Part shown: in pieces, positions 23,665-32,072 of the stretch
How positions within the stretch are numbered: position 1 is the first letter of the stretch
Layout of the letters: the number at the start of each line of letters is the position of its first letter
Assembly: GCA_013239625.1 (NCBI GenBank)
Contig: MU053762.1
Span: 193,258 to 225,329, forward strand
DNA length: 32,072 bases
Direction of reading: 5' to 3'
DNA from: Lama guanicoe
Lineage: Eukaryota
Translations under genes and position numbers: made by a program
The notes under the pieces: model-generated
What the model saw: the letters and a program-made list of their open reading frames with translations, nothing else
What the model was told of the DNA's origin: nothing
Database searches by the model: none

Positions 23665-25694
23665 ATGGCAATAAACACACATCTATCATTAATTACTGTA
23701 AATGTTAATGGACTAAATGCTCCAGTCAAAAGACATAGAGTGGCAGACTGGATAATAAAGCAAGAACCTTCAATATGCTGCATACAAGAGACCCACTTTA
23801 GGGAGAAGGACACATATAGATTGAGAGTGAAAGGATGGAAAAGGATATTCCATGCAAATGGAAAAGCCAAAAAAGCAGGTGTTGCAGTACTGATTTCATT
23901 TCAGACACACTTTTAAACAAAGGCCATAAAGAAAGATAAAGAAGGACATTTTATAATGATTAAAGGAGTGATACAAGATGAAGATATCACACTCGTTAAT
24001 ATATATGCACCCAGTATAGGAACACCTAAGTACATACAAGAATTACTAACAGAGACAATGTGGGATATTGATGGGAATACAATCATAGTTGGAGATTTTA
24101 ACACTGCATTAACATCACTAGACAGATCTTCCAGACAGAAAATAAACAAGGCAACAAAGAAATTAAATACTACAATAGAAAAAACTAGATTTGGTGGATA
24201 TTTTCAGAGCATTACGTCCCCCAAAAATAGGATATACGTTCTTTTCAAGTGCACATGGAACATTTTCCAGGATCGATCATCTACTTGGGCACAAAAGAAA
24301 TCTCAACAAATTTAAGAAGATAGAAATTATCTCAAGCATCTTTACTGACCACAATGCCATGAAACTGGAAATCAACAACAGAGAAACAAAGGAGAAAAAA
24401 AGAAAAGCATGGAGATTAAACAATATGTTATTGAAAAAACAATGGATCAATGAGGAAATCAAAGCTGAAATTAAAAAATACCTTGAGACAAATGATAATG
24501 AAAGCACAACCACTCAAAACCTATGGGACACAGCAAAGGCAGTGCTAAGAGGGAAGTTTATAGCGATACAGGCCTTCCTCAAAAAAGAAGAACAATCTCA
24601 AATAAACAAGTTAACCCACCACCTGAATGAATTAGAAAAAGAAGAACAAAAAGCCCCAAAAAGCAGCAGAAGGAAGGAAATAATAAAGATCAGAGAGGAA
24701 TTAAATACAATAGAGATTAACAAGACCATAGAAAAAATCAACCAAACCAAAAGCTGGTTTTTTGAAAAAGTAAATAAAATCGACAAACCTCTGGCCAAAC
24801 TCACAAAGAAGAAAAAAGAGAGAGCACAAATTAGCAAAATAAGAAAGGAAAATGGAGAAATTACAACAAACAAAATAGAAATACAGAATATCATATGAGA
24901 ATATTATGAAAAACTATATGGAAACAAACTGGATAACCTAGAGGAGATGGACAAGTTTCTGGAAACATACTGTCCACCAAAACTGAATCAAGAAGAAACT
25001 GAACACTTGAACAATCCGATCACTAGAAAGGAAATAGAAATAGCAATTAAAAACCTCCCTACAAATAAAAGTCCAGGACCGGACGGCTTCACCGGGGAAT
25101 TCTACCAAACATACAAAGAAGAACTCATACCAGTCCTTCTCAAACTCTTCCAGACGATTGAAAAGGAGGGAATACTCCCAAACTCATTCTATGAAGCCAC
25201 CATCACCCTGATACCAAAACCAGGCAAAGACACTACAAAAAAAGAGAATTATAGGCCAATATCACTGATGAACATAGACGCCAAAATCCTCACCAAAATT
25301 TTAGCAAATAGAATCCAACAACACATAAAAAAGATTATACATCATGACCAAGTGGGGTTCATCCCAGGGACACAAGGCTGGTTCAACATACGCAAATCAA
25401 TCAATGTAATACATCACATCAACAAGAGAAAGGACAAAAACCACATGATCATCTCAATCGATGCAGAAAAAGCATTTGATAAAATTCAACACCCATTTAT
25501 GATAAAAACTCTCGCCAAAGTGGGTATAGAGGGAACATATCTCAACATAATAAAAGCTATATATGACAAACCTACAGCCAGCATAGTACTCAACGGTGAA
25601 AAACTCAAAAGCTTCCCACTAAAATCTGGGACAAGACAAGGATGCCCACTATCACCACTCCTATTCAACACAGTACTGGAAGTCCTAGCCACAG
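23665..25694 (+). pseudogene. L1 ORF2p (APE endonuclease + N-terminal RT), disrupted and 3'-truncated
   Basis: [93 protein letters not shown]. Frameshifts near 23900 and 24185, TGA at 24896-98, ends before YADD. Confidence 0.93.
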
Positions 25695-26099
25695 AAACTT
25701 GTTCTTTTGCTTTAATTTTTTAAGGCAACATCTCTAGCCCTGAGCCAAAGTTAAGTGGAACTGCCAGATAAAAAGAACTGAATTAATTAAAAAGAAAAAG
25801 CCATGCAAACAAGAGAGGAGATAAAGACACTGCGAAGTCTCTTTGGACGTTAAAGCCCTGGCTGCTAACTCCGGCTCTTTCCTCCCCATTCATCTTCTGG
25901 AAACCGTGTCTCTCTGCAGGGAGACGGGGAAAGCTCTGCAGGGAAGGAAGTGCGCTGGATGAAGGGAAGGGAATGAAACAGGGACCCAGCACCAGCCTTG
26001 GACAAGGCTTTGGAGTCAAGTCAGAAAAGCTGGAGTGAGAATCATTCATTTGCCCGAATAAAGCTTTGGGGTTTGAAAGAGGATCGTTCATTCCTTCCT

Positions 26100-27180
26100 T
26101 CCGTCAACAGTTCTTGTTGCGAACGTCCGCCCGGCAACCCGCTGGACCTGGGCAGCCGGGCTGGATGCAGGGGCGGCTGAAGCCCAGGGCGCGGCTCCGG
26201 GCGCAGCCAGACGCGCACCACGCCTTCCCCCGCGCTCGTCTTCCTCCCAGACGCAGGGGAGCGGGGGTATTTGATTTCTTCGCCCGCTGATTTCCCCTCT
26301 TTGCTTAAAACGAAAGCGAATCTCTGCAGGACTTAACCTCGTTGCTTCCTTTTCCTCTGACTCACTTGGATTTGTTTTTCTGTGTTTGCCCTTTGCTCGT
26401 TTTTAAAGTCTGGTTCATTTTGGCTGATGTGTGTTTAAATGTGTTCACATTCGTGTTTATCAAAAAAAAAATGTGCCAAACCTCAGCTGGACTCCTCTGA
26501 ACGTCAGAACAAGGCCCCACCCTCACAGCTGAACTCCTTCCAGGGAACTGCGCTTTCCCGCTTCCCGGCAACCCAGGCTCAGCTCTAGAACGAGAAACCC
26601 GTGCGTAAAGCTCTCAGGACCCAGGAGCCGGGCGCGGAGCATCAGCCCTGTGATGCAGCCGTATTTTGTCACTGCCTCGTGTTTTCGGCCAACGTTTGTT
26701 TCGCTCAGTCTTGGAGACGTAAAATCAAGCCTTACACACAGAGTCCCTAACCTCGAGATGCTTATGGGCCACCGAGATTTGGGCAAGGAAACCATGGGCT
26801 CAGTACAAACGGTTATTGTCGTCGTGGGCAGCACAGTGGAAGAACAGTGACTGGGTGGGAGGGAGCCGGAGAAGGTCCTAGAGAAACTGCCGCTTGAACC
26901 TGGTCTCCAAGGGTGAGCGGCAGAGAAATCCAGGCGGCAAGGGGAAGAGAATTCCTTTCAGGCAAAGGAGAGCGCGTGGGTGGAGACCCAGGAAGATCGC
27001 TCCCTAAGCGTTCAGGGAGCTCCCAGAAGGTCCAGTTGACCAGGACTCAGAAAGTGATGGGGCAGGAGGAGAAACGGGGCGGAGGCGGGGGAGGAGGAGG
27101 GGTTCCGGACCTCGAACACCACTCTGAAAGCCTCTGGAACATTAGCGCAGGGCCCGGTGCACGAAGATCTCGCAAAGAAA
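26100..27180. promoter_or_regulatory. CpG-rich non-repeat patch (candidate CpG island/regulatory element)
   Basis: Dense CpG and GC boxes at 26110-26290, 26550-26720 and 27060-27175 compared with the flanks. No repeat recognised. Confidence 0.5.
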
Positions 27181-27447
27181 ACTGCTTTTACTGGGTGGGG
27201 CCCTAGTTTCCAGAAATTGGGGTTCTGTTCTGAGTGTATTTGCAGAAACAACAGAGCAAAGCTTTTGGAGCTATGATGGCTCCCCTCTTACCTCTTTCAG
27301 GGAATTTCCGTACTTCTGGGATTTCAATAGCCGTGGATTTAGGCTTGTGGTTTTAGTGGCACCCACATTATTTATAGCCATGATAGTTTGAATGACTTAG
27401 GGACTGGCAGAGGTATTTCTAAAATTGTGATGAACAGAATTTCCAGT

Positions 27448-27945
27448 TTATTCATTCAATAAATATTTACGGAGAACCTACAGTGCCAGACACTGTTCTC
27501 AAGGATGGAGATACAGCAGCAAACAAGATAAGGTTCCTGAAGAAGACAGGAGCTAAACAAAACCCATGTGTACATTGTATATCCTATTGGAAGGGGGTCA
27601 CCATTAGAAACAAAGAAAGCAGGGACGGGGTATAGGAAGTGTCAGGAGTTAGGAACTGAATTGTTTTTGGTTTTTTCTTCTTGGGGGAGGAGAATAGGTT
27701 CATTATGTATTTATTTTTAAATTTTTAATGGAGATACTGGGGATGGAACCCAGGACATCCTGCATCCTAAGCACGTGCTCTACCACTGAGCTACACCCTC
27801 CCTTCTTTGGAACTAAATTTTCAATTTGATGATCAAGGCAGGTCTTATTGAGGTTTCCATTTAAGCAAAGACATGAAGGCTATCCCAGTTAGAACAGCAT
27901 GTACAAAGGCCCTGGGGTGGAAGCATGCCTGGCTGGTTTGAAATC
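27448..27945 (-). mobile_element. L2 3' fragment (interrupted by a SINE)
   Basis: ttcattcaataaatatttac...gtgccagacactgttctc...atacagcagcaaacaaga, and after the SINE gaacagcatgtacaaaggccctggggtggaagcatgcctgg, both typical antisense L2. Confidence 0.75.
27663..27802 (-). mobile_element. tRNA-derived camelid SINE (Vic-1 type)
   Basis: Reverse complement gggagggtgtagctcagtggtagagcacgtgcttagg...cctgggttccatccccagtatctccatt has A and B boxes and an A-rich tail. Near-TSD ggaact(g/a)aatt at 27652-62 and 27809-19. Confidence 0.88.
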
Positions 27946-28495
27946 TGGCTCACTATGTGGTGGCCAGCAACTCTGCTGGGACTGGACACAGGGCAGGCCT
28001 TTCTGTTCTGTCTGGTGGTTGATAGGCTGGCTGCTCTAGGCTGGGTCCCACTGGTCTGGTCTTCCAGCAGCCGGCCCAGGCTTCCCCACACGGTGGTGGG
28101 AGTGTTCTCAACCGAAAGACCACAGCCTAATGTGCAAATGGTCTATGGCTCTGTTAACAGTGTCCAACATGCCACAGCAGATCACGAGAAGCCCTGCGTC
28201 CATGTGGGTGAGGGCTTCACGAGGGCGGGGAGTCAGGGGGAGGCACTATTCCAGGACTTGATTGTAACAACAGGTCCTACTCCAGAAGCTGTAATAACAT
28301 AAGGACATCGTTGTAACAGTTGATTATACTCCTGGTCCATTTAACACAGCCTGGGCCATATTGGACACTCACTAAATATTGTTCCTACTGTTTGTGATCA
28401 CTCACTCTGTTTCCTTCCTCGAGCACCTAAGGAACTACATTCTTTTAAGAATCCAAGTGTCCTGTGCCCTTTTTTTTTTTATTTTTTGCCTTTTA

Positions 28496-28649
28496 AAAAG
28501 TTGAAGTACAGTCAGTTACAATGTATCGATTTCTGGTGTCCAGCACAATGTTCCAGTCATGCATATACATACATACATTTGTTTTCATATTTTCATTAAA
28601 GGTTATTACAAGATATTTAATATGGTTCCCTGTTCTATACAGAAGAAAT
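28496..28649 (-). mobile_element. Short 5'-truncated L1 3' end with 14-bp TSD
   Basis: Similar to 30390-30530. ttttttgcctttta occurs at 28482-95 and 28650-63. Confidence 0.85.
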
Positions 28650-28663
28650 TTTTTTGCCTTTTA

Positions 28664-28925
28664 CTTTTAATAGATTTTATTTTTTAGAGTAGTTTTAGGT
28701 TCACAGCAAAATTGATCAGAAAGGACAGAGTTCCCATATACCTCCCGCCCCGATCCTCGCACACCAGGGTGATACCTGTTATGAGATGAACCTACCTGGA
28801 CACGTAGCATCAGCCAAAGTCCACTGTGCACACTAAGGTTAACTCTTGGTGGTGTGCTTTCTCTGGATGTGGACAAAGGTATGTATCCACCGTGTGTATC
28901 CACGTACAGAATAATGTCCCTGTCC
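28664..28925 (-). mobile_element. Old L1MC 3' end
   Basis: tttttagagtagttttaggttcacagcaaaattga...acagagttcccatatacc is antisense to the same type of terminus as 8390-8620. Confidence 0.8.
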
Positions 28926-28959
28926 TTCCCTCATTCTGTCTTCTCCCACAACACTGTTC

Positions 28960-29160
28960 CTTTGCACTGTCATCCTGAAGGTCCCACACTAAACTCTGCC
29001 CCCTCCAGGAGGCCTTCCTGGATACTCCTAGCGGGGCTAATTGCCTGTGAACGGTGGGCCTCACAGCACACTACGCTAAATGATACTAGAAGTATGCATT
29101 TTCATGTCTGGCCCTCCAACAGACCATAATTTCCTTCAGAGTTAGGGCCAAGCTGTGTCT
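28960..29160 (+). mobile_element. Degenerate L2 fragment
   Basis: ccctccaggaggccttcctg and tgtctggccctccaacagaccataatttccttcagagttaggg resemble sense L2 3' region. Confidence 0.45.
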
Positions 29161-29200
29161 ATAAATCACGGGCGCCCACAATTTCTGGCCTAAAAAGTTA

Positions 29201-29800
29201 CAGTCATCTCCCCATACCTGCGGTTTCACTTTCCGAAGTTCGTTACCCTTGGTCACCTGAGGTCTGAAAACATTAAGTGGAAAATTCCAGAAATAAACAA
29301 TTCATAATTTTTATCGCATGTTGTTCTGAGTAATGGGATGAAATCTACTGTCATGCTGTGTCCCGTCCAGGTTCCCCAACCGCTGACATCATCTGTTCCT
29401 GACAACCAACCTTGGCTCCATGATTTGGGGTCACCTGAAGAGGATGGTGATGTGTTGTCAGAAGGTCAGTTGTAGCCAACGCCCCAGCCTACATCATTCA
29501 CCGGACCTCATCACCTCATGTGGCTGTTTTCACATCACTGCAAGACGGGAGAGTATGTGGAGAGAGAGACCACATTCACATAACTGTGATTACAGTTTAT
29601 TGTTATATTTAACTGTTTTGTTTTATTATGACTTATTGTTGTCAATCTCTTACTGTGCCTAATTTATAAGTTAAATGTTATCATATGTATGCATGTATGG
29701 GGGAAAATGCAGTACATATGGGGTTTGGTACTGTCTGTGGTTTCAGGCATCCACTGGGGGTATTGGAGCGTAACCCCCCAAGGATAAGGAGGATCTACTC
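29201..29800 (+). mobile_element. MER44 (TcMar-Tigger) non-autonomous DNA transposon
   Basis: ta|cagtcatctccccatacctgcggtttcactttcc...ggaaaattccagaaataaacaattcata at the left end and ggtttcaggcatccactggggg...ggataaggaggatctactc at the right end: degenerate TIRs matching MER44 as recalled. Confidence 0.85.
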
Positions 29801-29889
29801 TGGGTGGAAAGTAGTTGAGACACCTAATTTGCTTTCTGCTTTGACTGCTCATTTTTTCCTCTAAGAAACAAATCAATCTGAAATCACTG

Positions 29890-30236
29890 TACTCACAAGA
29901 CAGACAAGTTGTTGCATAAAGTTCTGCCTTGGGTGGCAGGGTGCAGCCGCTCTGGGCAGACACCGAGTTTCTTCATGAAGAAAGGGAGAACAGTACCCAA
30001 AGATGAAGGTAAGTTTTCTACCCGCTCCGGCTTTCCCTGCCTGGAATGCAGTTGTGTGAGAATGTGATTCCTGGAGTGCAGCAGCCATTTTGTGAACATG
30101 AGGAAATAGATGTTCACCCAGGGCACTGGAATCCCCGAGTCACCTACTTCCAGACATCTTAACAAGAGGGGAAAAAAAGTCTGTATTAGTGAGATTTTTC
30201 AACTTCACGCAGTTAGAATGCATCCTAACTGGTGTG
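29890..30236 (+). mobile_element. MaLR solo LTR fragment (MLT1I/J/K-like)
   Basis: cctgcctggaatgcag...gcagcagccattttgtgaacatgagg...cctacttccagacatctt...catcctaactggtg. Confidence 0.65.
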
Positions 30237-30377
30237 CCAACACTATTCTTATCTTATTTGAAGCTCATCTTCCAAATGCCAGGAAGAATGCCCTTCCAGA
30301 TGTCCATACACAGTCCCAGAAATCCCACCCAGAGATCCCATGTTGTCTCTCATCTCAAATCCTAGGCTTCAACTTTC

Positions 30378-30727
30378 TTTTTTTTTTTTAATTGAGTATA
30401 GTCAGTTTACAATGTTGTGTCAATTTCTGGTGTACAGCACAATTCTTCAGTCATACATGAATACACATATATTCATTTTCATGTTCTTTCTCACGAGCTA
30501 CTATAAGATATTGAATATAGTTCCCTGTGCTATACAGTATAAACTTGTTTATCTGTTTTATATATACTTGTCAGTATCTGCAAGTCTCGAATTCCCAGTT
30601 TATCCCTTCCCACCCCACCTCCCCGGCAACTACAAGTTTGTATTCTATGTCTGTGAGTCTGTTTCTGTTTTATATATAAGTTCATTTGTCTTTTTTTGTT
30701 TGTTTGTTTTAGATTCTGCCTGAGTAT
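30378..30727 (-). mobile_element. 5'-truncated L1 3'UTR insertion with poly(A) and perfect 15-bp TSD
   Basis: Poly-T at 30378-89. taggcttcaactttc at 30363-77 and 30728-42. Antisense to the 3'UTR type at 12770-12980. Confidence 0.92.
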
Positions 30728-30929
30728 TAGGCTTCAACTTTCAAACACTAGGAGGAGAGAGTGTCCTGACGCCCCCTGCCCCAAGTGACTGCATTCCTGC
30801 TCTCAAGGGTGGGTCTATCAATCACCTAGCACGTGATCGCTGAGTGTGGACCACTGCGAGGGACTGTAGAGGACGCAGTAATATATGATGTGATCTCTGT
30901 CCCCAGGAAGCTTGTGATCTAAATTTCGC

Positions 30930-31131
30930 CATCACCATCATTGTCAGAGCTACCCCCTAGTTCTTATGTTCCGGACACTGTATCTGTTAATTCATTTACT
31001 TTACATCGTCATGGGAAAGGGTGCTCTCACATAGGAGAAGAATCTTGGAGGAGACGGAAAGATGTAAAGAAATAAATTACTTACTGCAATGCTTGGCACA
31101 CAGTAGGCCCTTAATAAATTTTAGTTCCCTC
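30930..31131. mobile_element. Degenerate MIR/L2 fragments
   Basis: ttatgttccggacactgt...attcattta (antisense MIR-like) and gcttggcacacagtaggcccttaataaat (sense MIR/L2 3' end). Confidence 0.45.
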
Positions 31132-31175
31132 TTTTTTTCTTACAACCTGTTTGACTGTGTCTGCACTAATCATTC

Positions 31176-31194
31176 GTGCCACTAGGTGGCAGTC
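31176..31194 (+). promoter_or_regulatory. Candidate CTCF binding site
   Basis: gtgCCACTAGGTGGCAGtc matches the CTCF core consensus. ctgcac at 31161 lies where the upstream (ZF9-11) motif is expected. Confidence 0.6.
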
Positions 31195-31693
31195 TTGTGA
31201 TCTAAATAAACAAACAAAAAACTGAACTCTGACACTCATACCTTAAAAGATTTCTTGGGGTCTGCCTACCTACCCATATTACTTGGTGGCTTTTAATGTG
31301 TCAAAGTAATAGAAATCTATCTGTTTGGATCCCAAACAATGGCAAATGTAAATACTTGGCAGTAAAGAGCTGTTAGGCGGGAAAATTGTCTAAAGCTGTG
31401 CCCTGGCCAGCACTTGGCATGTTAGTAATAATCACTGTGTATGCTGCTTAAGTGCATTAAGTGTTAAATGTCCGTTTATCTCACAATGTCCTCGGCATTC
31501 ATTGGTGACTATGCTTATATCATGTTTAAGAGCTAACTGTATTTGCAGGAATATATTCTTTGAAACAGTTATGTTGGGGAATTCACTGGCTACAGATCAC
31601 TCAGTTACCTTCCCCCAGGAATTCAAAGGGTAAAAACATTAGCAAGGTTTTGTGGGGAGACTGAGACTCACAGCTCAGTCTTTCCCCAGTTTG

Positions 31694-31800
31694 TAATAAG
31701 TAATGGCTGAAGACGTTTACTGAGCACTATGACATACCAGTTACTACACTAAGGCTGTTCACAGTAACCCAGTAAGTGAGTGGCATTGTTTTTTTCCCAA
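31694..31800 (-). mobile_element. MIR fragment
   Basis: taataagtaatggctgaagacgtttactgagcactat...cacagtaacccagtaagtgag. Confidence 0.5.
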
Positions 31801-31869
31801 CTGAATGATGTTTATTCCACAACTGCAAATTCAGTTCAACGTTTGAAAAACTGGTGCAAGTGCAATTTT

Positions 31870-32010
31870 CTTTACTAAGCAAATAAGGAGGAAAATTATA
31901 TCATTTTCTGAACAGTGCAGAAAAGTCTGACAAAATTCAACACCCATTCAAAGTAAAAAATCATAACAAACTGTGACTAGAAGGAGGCTTCTGTAATCTG
32001 ATAAAGGTCT
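31870..32010 (+). mobile_element. Ancient L1 ORF2 RT remnant
   Basis: gcagaaaagtctgacaaaattcaacacccattc is the decayed [12 protein letters not shown] segment (compare 25463-25500). Confidence 0.65.
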
Positions 32011-32072
32011 CTGCAAAAAGCGGGTTCTTTAAACATTATTCTTTAAAAATCTTTAGTAATGAATATGACCCA

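Larger units (their letters stand above)
20989..25694 (+). mobile_element. Youngest LINE-1 in the window: CpG-rich 5'UTR, ORF1, N gap, ORF2 truncated within RT
   Basis: Head gggagagacggagaagatggtggagtagaagg, with CpGs retained across 21.2-22.2 kb. Long ORF2 segments. L1 homology ends at gtcctagccacag (25694). Confidence 0.95.

Noticed and set aside
24890..24905. Same in-frame TGA (ata tga gaa) in three ORF2 copies (~6811, ~9022, 24896), suggesting readthrough
   Set aside because: Best explained by recurrent CpG decay of a CGA (Arg) codon.
23665..25723. Active L1 ORF2
   Set aside because: Two frameshifts, a TGA stop and truncation before the YADD motif.
27730..27802. tRNA gene on the minus strand
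   Set aside because: Degenerate B box, SINE body, A-rich tail and TSD identify it as a SINE.

Overview
Mammalian genomic DNA, almost certainly camelid (a tRNA-derived Vic-1-type SINE lies at ~27.7 kb). No intact host gene is visible. Bases ~600-25,694 are a nested mosaic of mostly plus-strand LINE-1 pieces of several ages: four L1 5' ends, decayed ORF1/ORF2 segments, two twin-priming inversions and old L1MC 3' ends. A 605-nt N gap (22847-23451) falls inside the youngest L1. The main non-L1 island (~16.0-18.3 kb) holds an intronless, very diverged, 3'-truncated retrocopy of the cTAGE5/MIA2 N-terminus. It lies between two paralogous copies of one decayed L1 ORF1 region, which suggests a ~5.1-5.3 kb tandem unit (old L1 5' end + cTAGE-like ORF). 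After 25.7 kb the sequence changes abruptly to ordinary euchromatin-like DNA: a CpG-rich patch, L2/MIR, MER44, MLT1, short L1 3' ends with TSDs and a strong CTCF motif. All family assignments are by eye from recalled consensus sequences; no searches were run.
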